Shown piece by piece: positions 50,592 to 60,237 of a DNA stretch of 64,000 bases (position 1 is its first letter; each line of letters starts with the position of its first letter). The notes under the pieces were generated by a model. That model was not told the origin of the DNA, searched no databases, and saw only the letters and a list, made by a program, of their open reading frames with translations. The DNA is from Candidatus Bathyarchaeia archaeon. Lineage in GTDB: Archaea; Thermoproteota; Bathyarchaeia; TCS64. Made by a program: the position numbers and the translations under genes. The DNA lies in the NCBI GenBank assembly GCA_050014495.1, contig JBEKDF010000006.1, positions 31,115 through 95,114 on the forward strand, read 5' to 3'.

Positions 50592-51413
50592 TTAGTCGAA
50601 TTCTATTAGGAGCCTGGATCGAAGCAGCTCCTTCACCGAATCCACTATTGATGAATCCCATTGGTAGTAGACGTCGATGAGAGTCATCTCAACTGCTGAC
50701 TTCACGTCAATACCGGAAACCAGGAGCTTCCCTAGGGCTATAGACTCACGTATACTGGGAATATAGGGAAGGTCCTGCTCCCTAAGCTGGTTAATGGCGA
50801 GGAGCAGTTCCTGTAGATCGGAGGCTTTCCTCGTTACCTCAGGGACATGCATCTTCACAATCTCGTATTCGGTGGCTGGATTGGGGTAGGTCATATAGAT
50901 GCGGACTGGGAAGCGTGATAGCAGTTGCCCAGGTAGCTCGTGGGTTCCGGAGTGGTAGCGGTCGAGGGGGTTTATCGAGGAGCAGACCCACCACCCCTCC
51001 GCGGCCCTTATTGTATTTCCATCGTTGTTGAGCTCTCTCCGGAAGTCGAGGGCTTCGTCGAGGCGGATGAGGACAGCGGGCTCAGCGACGTTTATCTCAT
51101 CTAAGTATAGGACGGCGCCCTCCTGCATCGATCTGATGAGTGGACCCGAGGTGAAGCAGATTGTCCCGTCGGGGCGGGTGTCGTAGTGGCCAACGAGGTT
51201 ATACTCCCTTGTACGTAGGGAGAAGTTGACTGTGTACATCTCCTTACTGAGTTCCTCGCAGGCTTTCCTTATCGCGGCGGTCTTTCCTACCCCTTTTGGG
51301 CCTATGAGTATGGGGAATAGTCCGTTCCTGTAGCAGTGGGTCAGTTTCGAGACCACGTTGCCCCAGTCGAGAAAGACGCTCCTCGTCTGGGGGATGTTTT
51401 CTTTTTTCTCCAA
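50592..51413 (-). CDS. MoxR-type AAA+ ATPase (CbbQ/NirQ/NorQ-like)
   Basis: GPKGVGKT, GPL, LDEIN, INP, SRF, YP...E, SIRE. Confidence 0.92.
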   Translation of the reverse strand: MEKKENIPQTRSVFLDWGNVVSKLTHCYRNGLFPILIGPKGVGKTAAIRKACEELSKEMYTVNFSLRTREYNLVGHYDTRPDGTICFTSGPLIRSMQEGAVLYLDEINVAEPAVLIRLDEALDFRRELNNDGNTIRAAEGWWVCSSINPLDRYHSGTHELPGQLLSRFPVRIYMTYPNPATEYEIVKMHVPEVTRKASDLQELLLAINQLREQDLPYIPSIRESIALGKLLVSGIDVKSAVEMTLIDVYYQWDSSIVDSVKELLRSRLLIEFD

Positions 51414-51590
51414 CTTACTATCCTCCGATCAGAAAGGGATGCCTTGATGGCTCAACATTGTAACAAATCGGAACATACGCCACATTGATATATACTTTTT
51501 TGCTAATTTACTATACATTTGTATAGGTTTATAGTCTTTTTAAAGCGTTAATATTAGTGGGTTGAAGGTTTCACAATCTAAGAATTCAAT

Positions 51591-51598
51591 AAAAAAAA
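51591..51598 (-). terminator. Oligo-T terminator candidate for amt (first copy)
   Basis: T8 on the minus strand about 43 nt after the stop. Confidence 0.45.
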
Positions 51599-51640
51599 GA
51601 GTTAGAAACTAAAACCTCTAAATATGGGTTTATAGAATCG

Positions 51641-52873
51641 TTAGTCTTGCTGGGAGTAGGCTTCCTCGCCATGCTCAGCGAGGTCAAGACCCTTCTCCTC
51701 GTTCTCGGGTGTAACTCTAAGAGGTGAGAAGATGTTGATAGCTTTAAGCAGCATAAATGAGCCAAAGAAGGAGTAAGCTGCGATTACAACGACGGCTAGG
51801 ATCTGTGAGAATAGTAGACCAGGGTTTCCAAATAGTAAGCCGTTTACTGAAGTTGGGTTGACTGCGATTGTTGCGAATATGCCAGTAGCGATGGAGCCCC
51901 ATATGCCGCTTACGCCGTGGCAGGAGAAGACGTCAAGGGTGTCGTCAATCCTTGTCCTAGTCGCCCTCCAGTTCGACATCATGTTTGATATGATTCCTGC
52001 GACGAGTCCAATCAACATAGCGGACATTACGTTTACGTAGCCTGAGGCAGGTGTGATGGCTACGAGGCCACAAACGGCACCGACTGCCATTCCAACTGCG
52101 GAGGGCTTACCCTTCGTGATCCAGTCCACCATCATCCAACTGACAGCCGCAGTCGCAGCCGCGAGGTTTGTATTCACTAAGGCGAAGACCATTGTTGAAT
52201 CAGCCGCGAGAGCGCTACCAGCGTTGAAGCCGAACCACCCAAACCATAGTAGCGCAGCCCCGAGAATGACGTAGGGGATGTTGCTAGGTTTGATTGTTTC
52301 CTTCTTTTCTAAGTCTTTTCTACGCCCAATGACGATCGCCGCTGCAAGAGCGGAGAGACCTGCAGTGATGTGGACTACAAGCCCCCCAGCGAAGTCTATG
52401 GCTCCGAGGGCTTTGAGCCATCCTGCTGAGTTCCAGACCCAGTGCGCTACAGGGCAATAGATGAGTGTAGACCAGAGTATGATGAAGATTAGTAGTGAAC
52501 GAAAGTGGATCCTCTCAGCGAAGGCCCCTATAATGAGCGCAGGCGTGATCGCCGCGAACTTGAGCTGAAAAGCGAAAAACAGGAGTTCGGGTATAAGTGG
52601 AGCGTAGGCGAGGTTAGGCGCTGCGCCTATGCCGTTAAGCCCAGCCCAGGATAAGTCACCGATTATCCCGTGAATACTCGGTCCGAAGACCAGGCTGTAT
52701 CCCCACAGGGTCCAGACAATGCTTACAACAGCGAAAATAATGAGGCATTGAACCAGAGTTGATAGTAGGTTCTTCCTTCTAACTAGCCCCGCGTAAAAGA
52801 AGCCTAGTGCGGGGGTCATTAGCATTACAAGAGCGGTTGCTACCGCAACCCAGGCGATGTCACCCGGATTCAA
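51641..52873 (-). CDS. amt: Ammonium transporter
   Basis: FQLKF, AERI, HWVW, DFAGG..VH, WFGWFGFNAGS, DD...HG, GLD..EHGE. Confidence 0.97.
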   Translation of the reverse strand: MNPGDIAWVAVATALVMLMTPALGFFYAGLVRRKNLLSTLVQCLIIFAVVSIVWTLWGYSLVFGPSIHGIIGDLSWAGLNGIGAAPNLAYAPLIPELLFFAFQLKFAAITPALIIGAFAERIHFRSLLIFIILWSTLIYCPVAHWVWNSAGWLKALGAIDFAGGLVVHITAGLSALAAAIVIGRRKDLEKKETIKPSNIPYVILGAALLWFGWFGFNAGSALAADSTMVFALVNTNLAAATAAVSWMMVDWITKGKPSAVGMAVGAVCGLVAITPASGYVNVMSAMLIGLVAGIISNMMSNWRATRTRIDDTLDVFSCHGVSGIWGSIATGIFATIAVNPTSVNGLLFGNPGLLFSQILAVVVIAAYSFFGSFMLLKAINIFSPLRVTPENEEKGLDLAEHGEEAYSQQD

Positions 52874-53537
52874 TCAGTCAAACACCTTCACCGAAAGACG
52901 AAAAACAACATATTTGAGGTTTTTCCATCTAAAAACCACTAAATATCTGCTAAATGTTCAGTATCTTGATTCATTATCCTACGTTATAAGTTGAAATTGC
53001 GATATTTTACGTAATTATTTTACATGTTAAAAGAGATTTAATGAGGGTTTATCTTATTATATGTAGTAATTCATCATTTAAGTCTATGAAATAAGAGAAA
53101 TATTGAAAATTTATTTGATATGATCGTTTTAAAATATAAATTTTTTAGATTACTGTATCCTCCGCTGGCTCAGAAAGGAGACTATTTGGTCCTAACTCCA
53201 GAGGTATCATTTGGATCCAAGGTTCAACTCTACACACGGCTTTTATTTTTAGGTGAGAAATTGAAGGGCTCAAATGTTTTAAACTCAAATTTTCAAGTAA
53301 CTAAATTCCAGCAGTTAGAAATGTCAAAACAAGCATGTATGTGAAATAATACAAGATTCCTGGATAACCAGATATTCTTCGCGAATTATCCATATAAAAT
53401 CGTAATTTGTCGGGTTCTTAATCAAAAAAAATCTGACAAACTTTACATATTCGTATTAAATGACCTTTTTATGACCAAGTGTCCGAAAATAGTGGGTATT
53501 TTTAAGGGAGTTCAACTGGTCTGTAAGTGGTGCCAAA

Positions 53538-54005
53538 GTGAAATTCGATGATACTGACGTAAGGGTGCTCCGTAATTTACAAAAGGATGCCCGAACAAAC
53601 TTCGCTGACATCGCCAAAGAGTGCGGAGTCAGCGTTGATACTATAATCAAGCGTCTGCAGCGCCTTCAGAAGAATGGCGTCGTGAAAGGGACAACTATCC
53701 TCTTAGACCCGAGGCTGATGGGATTGGACTGTCTAGTGAGCCTCGAGGTGAATGTCGATGCAGTCGACGTTGCTGAGGGGGTAGATGCTATGAAGAAGCA
53801 GCCCGGCGTCGTCTTCTGTACACCGAGTATGGGGATGCAGAATATCTTCGCTATTGCCGTCTTAAAAGACATGAGGGAGCTAAATTTACTTCGGGAATCT
53901 ATCAAGGGGTTCACATATGTCAAAGATCTGAAAACGAGCATCTGGGTAGATGATGTCCTACTCTGTCCTGAGAACTTTGAGCTCGAGCGGTTAAAGGAGA
54001 GATAA
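53538..54005 (+). CDS. Lrp/AsnC transcriptional regulator
   Basis: LQKDARTNFADIA HTH plus RAM domain. Confidence 0.92.
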   Translation: MKFDDTDVRVLRNLQKDARTNFADIAKECGVSVDTIIKRLQRLQKNGVVKGTTILLDPRLMGLDCLVSLEVNVDAVDVAEGVDAMKKQPGVVFCTPSMGMQNIFAIAVLKDMRELNLLRESIKGFTYVKDLKTSIWVDDVLLCPENFELERLKER

Positions 54006-54469
54006 TGTTGATGGATGAGATCGACCAGAAGATTATAGAGATGCTCACCGAGGACGCTAGGACGAGCTTCCGGAAAATAGCCAAGGTCCTTGATAAGAGT
54101 CCTGACACCATAATTAATCGCTACCAACGCCTCATTGAGGGTGGGGATGTCCGAGGATCAACTGTGATAGTGGACCCCAGACTTATCGGATACGAAGGTA
54201 TGGCGGCGTTCCATATCGATGTCTCCCAGAGTGGTGGCGTTAAACCCGACTCGACGAAGATCTTGAAGACACTGATCAAGATGCCGAATATAATCGTAGC
54301 CACCAAGACCGTCGGGGATCACGATCTTCTCGTAATAGGCGTCATACACGACTTCAAACACCTCATGAGCCTTGGTAAGGAGATTTCCGCGATACCTGGA
54401 ATCAAGAGTATACAGACCGCTCTTTGGGCCAGTGATAGTGAAGTCTGCCCAAAATACTTCATAATCTAG
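54005..54469 (+). CDS. Lrp/AsnC transcriptional regulator (second, coupled)
   Basis: DEID...DARTSFRKIA, VGDHDL; TAATG stop/start overlap. Confidence 0.92.
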   Translation: MLMDEIDQKIIEMLTEDARTSFRKIAKVLDKSPDTIINRYQRLIEGGDVRGSTVIVDPRLIGYEGMAAFHIDVSQSGGVKPDSTKILKTLIKMPNIIVATKTVGDHDLLVIGVIHDFKHLMSLGKEISAIPGIKSIQTALWASDSEVCPKYFII

Positions 54470-54564
54470 ATGCTTGTGCGTACGCGAGCGCATGAGTAAA
54501 TACTCGGTTTCGCGGGAAGGGAGTGGTTCGCTATCTGGGACATTGAATGAGAATTCTAAAGAGG

Positions 54565-54578
54565 AAAAAATCAAAAAA
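54565..54578 (-). terminator. Double oligo-T terminator candidate for amt (second copy)
   Basis: T6-GA-T6 on the minus strand directly after the stop. Confidence 0.5.
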
Positions 54579-54579
54579 T

Positions 54580-55809
54580 TTATTCGTCTATGCTCTCGCC
54601 CAGTTCAGCAATATCGAGACCCTCATTCTCCTCCTCTGGCTCCACCCTCAGCTTCGAGACGCGGTTGATGAGCTTGAGGAGGATGTATGAGCCGACGAAG
54701 GCGTAAGCGATTACAGCGATCGCAGCGATCAGCTGTGCTTCGAAGAGGCCAGGATTGCCATAGAGAAGCCCGTTAGCACCAGCTGGATTTACAAGAACTG
54801 AGGCAAATAGTCCTGTAGCGAGACTGCCCATAATCCCATTGACGCCGTGGCAGGCGAATACGTCGAGAGAATCGTCGATATTGGTCTTGTTGGCGCGCCA
54901 GTTCGCTGCAAAGTAGGAGACGATTCCGGAGGCCAACCCCACTATTATGGAGGCAGGGACGGTGATAAAGCCCGAACCTGGGGTGATGGCGACAAGGCCA
55001 CAGACAGCAGCGACTGAGAAGCCAACAGAGGATGGCTTACCCCTGATCCTCCACTCAATGATCATCCAGCTGAGCCCCGCAGCGGCAGCCGACAGGAATG
55101 TTACCACCACGGCAGATGCGGAGACATCCCCAGCCTTCAGAGCACTGCCCGCATTGAAGCCAAACCATCCGAACCAAAGGATCGACGCGCCGAGAATGAC
55201 GAGGGGTATACTACTCGGTTTGAACACCTCCCCTTTCTTCAACCCTAATCTCCTGCCTATGACGATGGCGGCAGCGAGAGCTGAGACGCCCGCGGCGGTG
55301 TGGACGGCATAACCACCCGCGAAGTCGATCACACCCATGACATGCAACCAACCACCGGTATTCCAGACCCAGTGAGCGATTGGTGAGTAGATGAACAGCG
55401 ACCATAGGATGGAGAAGAGGAGCATCGAGCGGAGCCGCGTCCTCTCGACAAGGGCACCGATGATGAGGGCGGGGGTGATAGCGGCGACAACACACTGGAA
55501 GACGAGGAAGAGCGTCTCGGGTATCCCTGGTGCGTAGCTCTGATTGGGAGTGGACCCAACATTGAGGAGTCCCGCCTTGGAGAGGTCACCAATGAAGCCT
55601 CCAATGCTTGGCCCGAAGACGAGGCTGTAGCCTACAAGCGCCCACACGAGGCCGACGACGGCGAAGACAGCGAGGCAATGGAAGAAGGTGGCGATCTGAT
55701 TCTTCCGCCTGACGAGGCCAGCGTAGAAGATGCCGAGTGCAGGAACCATCAGTACGACAAAGGCTATAGAAACTGAAACCCATACAATGTCTGCGTCCAA
55801 TTTTATCAA
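54580..55809 (-). CDS. amt: Ammonium transporter (second paralogue)
   Basis: HWVW, DFAGGYAVH, WFGWFGFNAGS, DDSLDVFACHG; FQCVV at the Phe-gate position. Confidence 0.97.
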   Translation of the reverse strand: MIKLDADIVWVSVSIAFVVLMVPALGIFYAGLVRRKNQIATFFHCLAVFAVVGLVWALVGYSLVFGPSIGGFIGDLSKAGLLNVGSTPNQSYAPGIPETLFLVFQCVVAAITPALIIGALVERTRLRSMLLFSILWSLFIYSPIAHWVWNTGGWLHVMGVIDFAGGYAVHTAAGVSALAAAIVIGRRLGLKKGEVFKPSSIPLVILGASILWFGWFGFNAGSALKAGDVSASAVVVTFLSAAAAGLSWMIIEWRIRGKPSSVGFSVAAVCGLVAITPGSGFITVPASIIVGLASGIVSYFAANWRANKTNIDDSLDVFACHGVNGIMGSLATGLFASVLVNPAGANGLLYGNPGLFEAQLIAAIAVIAYAFVGSYILLKLINRVSKLRVEPEEENEGLDIAELGESIDE

Positions 55810-55872
55810 CTATAGATCGACAAAATCGCCATCTGCATTATTAAACATTTAGAATCGCACACGATCCAATTC

Positions 55873-56259
55873 TTAAGATAACATGGCGGTTACCTCAATT
55901 TCAATATCGATATCTTTTATTGGAGAAATGGCCTGAATGGTCACTCTTGCCGGTTCTTCTCCCTCATCAAAGTACTTTTTGTATGTGGCATTCATCTTGC
56001 CAAAATCATTCATGTCGCGCATGTAGATCACCATTTTTACAATATCTTTCATTGATGATCCTGAAGCTTGTAATAGAAATTTTATGTTCTCTAAGGCATT
56101 TCTCGTCTGTTCTTCTATAGTTCCACCGATTATTCTGCCTGTCCTTAAATCCGATGAGAGTTGGCTTGTCAAGAAGAGAAAATCACCAGCCTTGATCACG
56201 TGATTGAAAGGACTATTCGGTTTTTGGATACCTTTTATCTTGATTATTTCTTTTTTCAA
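55873..56259 (-). CDS. RidA/YjgF/UK114 family protein
   Basis: EQTRNALENI, YM.DMNDF..MN..Y, PARVT, IEIE; AT-rich. Confidence 0.92.
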   Translation of the reverse strand: MKKEIIKIKGIQKPNSPFNHVIKAGDFLFLTSQLSSDLRTGRIIGGTIEEQTRNALENIKFLLQASGSSMKDIVKMVIYMRDMNDFGKMNATYKKYFDEGEEPARVTIQAISPIKDIDIEIEVTAMLS

Positions 56260-56517
56260 AAAATCACTTCAAGCGAATAAAACACACCAAATCGCTCTTA
56301 AATATTTAATTCTGGAATTTATTTTTTTTAAAATACCTAAGGTTAGTCGTGATAAAGAAGACATAGGTTATCGAAGTGAATTTAAATTAGATCTGAAGAA
56401 CACGTCACTATTTTGGATCAAATTAAAATCATATACCTAATGCGCTAAAAGAAACATTTTTTCTTCAAGTACAACTTTAAATAGACGCCTAAACGATGAA
56501 GCCTGAAGTGTTACCCG

Positions 56518-56784
56518 ATGTCTTGGAGGCAAATAGCGTGCCCGAATTGCGGGGAACGGTTCAACAACCCTATTCTCACTCATAAGCGATTCACGGGTGG
56601 ATTCTCTATCTATCCCATGGGCACCATTACATGTCCCAAGTGCGGCTACATTGCAAGCTCCTACAAGTACAAGCGTCCAAAGCCAGGGGATAAGTCCCCG
56701 ACGCCTTCACCTCAGGAGTCAAAACCAGAGCCATCCGACTCAGACCAGAAGAAACTAGATGAATCGAAGTTCGAGCGCTTGTGA
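56518..56784 (+). CDS. Small zinc-ribbon protein
   Basis: CPNCG...CPKCG; first gene of a tightly spaced ABC operon. Confidence 0.7.
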   Translation: MSWRQIACPNCGERFNNPILTHKRFTGGFSIYPMGTITCPKCGYIASSYKYKRPKPGDKSPTPSPQESKPEPSDSDQKKLDESKFERL

Positions 56785-56790
56785 CTCAAC

Positions 56791-57720
56791 ATGATCAAGG
56801 CGGTTTCACTCAGCAGGAACTTCGGTACTAACATCGCTGTGCGGGATCTCAGCTTCGAGATCAAGAAGGGGGAGGTCTTCGCCTTGCTGGGCCCTAACGG
56901 GGCAGGGAAGACCACAACCATCCGGATGCTTACAGGACTCATAGCCCCTACAAGCGGTACATGCACCATTGAGGGTGTCGACGTCACAAGGAACCCTATG
57001 CAGGTCCACAGAAACGTCGGAGTCCAACCGGAGGTACCTGGCCACTACGAGGCCCTCACGGCCCTCCGTAACCTGGAGTTCTACGGGAAGCTCTTCGGGG
57101 TGAGGCCCCCCGAACTCGGCGAGAGGATCCGCGCCCACATGCAGTCATTTGACCTGTGGGACAGGAGAAACGATGCCGTTCAGACCTACTCCAAGGGGAT
57201 GAAACAGAAGCTTGCTATAATTCGTGCACTTCTCCACGACCCAGAATACGTATTCATGGATGAACCCATGTCGGGCCTCGACCCAGTCGCCTCCAAGACT
57301 GTTAAGGATTTCATTCTTGACCTCAAGAGTAGGGGTAAGACAGTCGTCTTAAGCACTCACAACCTCGACGACGCGGACCGCTTAAGCGATCGCGTAGCTG
57401 TCATACAGAGTAGCCTCCTCGCCCTCGACAGCCCCGACAATCTCAGAGCCAACTTATTCAAGCGCACTATAGTCTTCCACTTAAAAGCAGCTGACGATGG
57501 AGTAGTCGCGAAGCTTCGTGGTTTACCCTTCGTGCGCTTGGCTGAGAGGTCTGAAAATAAACTAGTCCTCGAGCTGGAAGACCCAGAGGAGGAGAACCCT
57601 CAGATTGTTGACCTTCTAGTAAGGGAGGGCTACCATATCCAGTTCGTTGGCGAGGTCAGACACAGTCTAGAGGAGGTCTATCTTAAACTTGTTAGACCGT
57701 CACAGGAGGCGTCTAAATGA
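56791..57720 (+). CDS. ABC transporter ATP-binding protein
   Basis: GPNGAGKT, YSKGMKQ, MDEP, STH, C-terminal SLEEVYL. Confidence 0.95.
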   Translation: MIKAVSLSRNFGTNIAVRDLSFEIKKGEVFALLGPNGAGKTTTIRMLTGLIAPTSGTCTIEGVDVTRNPMQVHRNVGVQPEVPGHYEALTALRNLEFYGKLFGVRPPELGERIRAHMQSFDLWDRRNDAVQTYSKGMKQKLAIIRALLHDPEYVFMDEPMSGLDPVASKTVKDFILDLKSRGKTVVLSTHNLDDADRLSDRVAVIQSSLLALDSPDNLRANLFKRTIVFHLKAADDGVVAKLRGLPFVRLAERSENKLVLELEDPEEENPQIVDLLVREGYHIQFVGEVRHSLEEVYLKLVRPSQEASK

Positions 57721-58442
57721 ACTGGACAGCGGTGTTAGAGATTTTCAAGAAGGACATCCAGGAGACGACGAGGAATCGCTATGTCTTCCTCTCTGTATCG
57801 GTTCTACCCATAATCATTATCGTTGAGAACCTCTTCGCCGTTATCCAGCTTATAGGTCAGCCATCTGGGGTCTCAGAGCTAAACCAGATCCTCCCCGTAA
57901 CCTCGTTAATAGTGCTACTCATCCCGTCCGTCGTCACGGCGCTTCTAGCATCTACAAGCGTCGTCATCGAGAAGAACAACAGAAGCCTTGAGCCCCTCTT
58001 GGCCTCCCCGATTACAGATGCGGAGCTTCTCCTGGGGAAGTGCTTGGCAGCCTTCGTTCCCGCTATGGTGGTTAGCTACGGGACCCTCGCTGTGCTCATA
58101 GGGGCAATAGATGCCCTGACTATAGGTGCGCTGGGATACGCGCTTTTACCAACACCGTCGATGGCTTATCAGGTCGCCCTCATACCCCTCGTAGGCCTGC
58201 TCGGTACCTTCATCAGCCTCCTAGTCTCCACGAAGATCAAGGACGTTAGGGCGGCTCAGCAGGTTTCGACCTTTGCGGTCCTTCCGATTCTAGCCTTCGC
58301 TGCCTTCATCTCCGGCATATACGCTGTCGACCCCCTCTACCAGATCATGGCCATAATCATCCTCGCAGTGGCAGTCGTCTTTATGGCGCGGGTCACCATA
58401 CGTAGATTCAGTCGAGAGAGTATACTGATCTCTTGGAGCTGA
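57717..58442 (+). CDS. ABC-2 type permease
   Basis: EKNNRSLEPLLASP...LLGK, 6 TMs; ATGA overlap. Confidence 0.9.
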   Translation: MNWTAVLEIFKKDIQETTRNRYVFLSVSVLPIIIIVENLFAVIQLIGQPSGVSELNQILPVTSLIVLLIPSVVTALLASTSVVIEKNNRSLEPLLASPITDAELLLGKCLAAFVPAMVVSYGTLAVLIGAIDALTIGALGYALLPTPSMAYQVALIPLVGLLGTFISLLVSTKIKDVRAAQQVSTFAVLPILAFAAFISGIYAVDPLYQIMAIIILAVAVVFMARVTIRRFSRESILISWS

Positions 58443-58547
58443 AAGCTATCTTTTCCAAGAGTCACCGTAAACATCGAATTAATCCTAGCTATAGTTTTCG
58501 CACAGGAGAATAATCGCCTAGATGGCATTTTCATCAGCAAACACGAA

Positions 58548-60197
58548 TTAGCCGAACGGGACTGAGGCTCTTCTCGCTTTCCATCCCGGAGGCTTCGTTC
58601 CATCTATTCCCATACCCCCACACTGGAGCACGACGTCATCCGCTGGTTGGAACCTCGTAGCTATTCCCCAGACGACCTGCCTAAGGTCCGATGCATCGAT
58701 GTCGCTATCCACGCAGATTGTGAGCCCTGGACCATCCATGGATTTGATTAGAGTCAATTTGGCGTTCGAGTCAGCAGCCATTTTCAGAACTCGTAAACGG
58801 TTATCACCGAGAGGATACAGAACCTCAGCAACACCAAGATCACGCATACCCCTCTCCTCGTCGAAATAAGCTACAGGTATCTTTCGGGGTTGGCCGGTGG
58901 CGTCGACGATGGCCTTTGATGCGGTTCCATCGGTGGAGGAGGATGGGTCGAGCCTATGACAGAATACTCCCCGGAGCATCTCAACGCCCGAGCCCAGTGT
59001 CATATCGCACCTCTCCGCCATTGCACCCAGCGAGGCTCCCAGGTCACCGACATCAATGTTCTCGGGTAAGAGCACAACTAGTTTCAGGTATGGGTCGAGG
59101 CCGAGGACGAGGAGCCCAACCTGCTTTGCTAAGCCAGGGATGGTCCTCGCTCCGGTCTCCATGGAGATGAAACAGATGTAATGAGTCCCTGAGACTGGCC
59201 AAGACATGTCACGGACAGCCGGCATAGGGGTGAAAGCGCTTACTGCACTATAGATCCTCGCCTGCTTGGGTAGGCCACTTAGTAAGAGGTGTTCATCTGA
59301 GTTACTCGGCATAATCGTCTGGTAGATGGCGTCGTTCCGCATGGTGACGCAGCTCACCTCGAATACGTTCCTCGTTGAACGACCGCTTAAGTAACCCGTG
59401 TATTCAGTAAAGGGACCCTCGTCCTCCTCCTCAAGAGTTATCCTGCCTTCTATTACCATCTCGGCGTCGGCAGGTACAGGGACGTCTACGGTCTCGGAAA
59501 CGACAAGCCTCATTGGCTCCCCAATTAGTGATCCGGCGACGGCGTACTCACCGGTTATCTTCGCGGCGGCCGCGAGGTAGAGTGCTGGATGAGCGCCGAT
59601 CACAACCGCGATTTCGAGAGGCCTCTCGGAGGCCTTCGCCTTCTCGAAGTAGCTCCATAGGTTTCCCCTGCTGTGGAGTGTGGTCCCTATCCGCGATCTA
59701 CCCTTCAGTTGCATCCTCGCATAGCTGAGATTCACAACCTCCGGTTTTTCCGGGTCCCTCGCGGCAACGAGTCCACTGGTGATGTATCTGCCCGCGTCCT
59801 CCTTGTAGTATCTTAGTATTGGCAGTCTCGTCAGGTCGACCTCGCTGCCAGTTAGTTTGATCTCCTTCACGGGGCCTTTGGGTACATTTACAGGCTCTAT
59901 GCTCCCCGACATGAGGGCGCCCCACTCCCTGTACATATCTGGGCGAGTTGCTACTGGGCGGGGCGTCCCCTCAAGCGCCAGCTTGATCCTGTCGACGTGG
60001 CCGAAGACGTTCACAAGTAGTGGCTCCTTGAACCCCTTGACCCTCTCGAAGAGTAGGGCGGGGTTACCGCGTGTGTGAGCAGCCTTCTCCACCCTCCTGG
60101 TGACATCGTACTCGTGGCTCACGGGTTCCGATACCCTCACGAGTTGGTCAGGTAGCTCACGCTCCAATCTCTTAAGGTACGTCCTGAGGTCACGCAT
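58548..60197 (-). CDS. UbiD family prFMN-dependent (de)carboxylase with duplicated C-terminal domain
   Basis: MRDLRTYL, DAGRYIT, NLSYAR, EGPFTEYTGY; DPSS...DAT followed by a second WGIATRFQP...IDGTKP. Start placed at ATG 60197. Confidence 0.9.
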   Translation of the reverse strand: MRDLRTYLKRLERELPDQLVRVSEPVSHEYDVTRRVEKAAHTRGNPALLFERVKGFKEPLLVNVFGHVDRIKLALEGTPRPVATRPDMYREWGALMSGSIEPVNVPKGPVKEIKLTGSEVDLTRLPILRYYKEDAGRYITSGLVAARDPEKPEVVNLSYARMQLKGRSRIGTTLHSRGNLWSYFEKAKASERPLEIAVVIGAHPALYLAAAAKITGEYAVAGSLIGEPMRLVVSETVDVPVPADAEMVIEGRITLEEEDEGPFTEYTGYLSGRSTRNVFEVSCVTMRNDAIYQTIMPSNSDEHLLLSGLPKQARIYSAVSAFTPMPAVRDMSWPVSGTHYICFISMETGARTIPGLAKQVGLLVLGLDPYLKLVVLLPENIDVGDLGASLGAMAERCDMTLGSGVEMLRGVFCHRLDPSSSTDGTASKAIVDATGQPRKIPVAYFDEERGMRDLGVAEVLYPLGDNRLRVLKMAADSNAKLTLIKSMDGPGLTICVDSDIDASDLRQVVWGIATRFQPADDVVLQCGGMGIDGTKPPGWKARRASVPFG

Positions 60198-60237
60198 ACA
60201 ATAGAGGTGGGTTAGACTCGGTAAAAGGGCGTTGTGG

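Noticed and set aside
53120..53344. 74-aa ORF, and a minus-strand MDPNDT(SW) snippet at 53220 resembling an Amt start
   Set aside because: AT-rich with no family features; the Amt-like match is too short to support a third amt relic.
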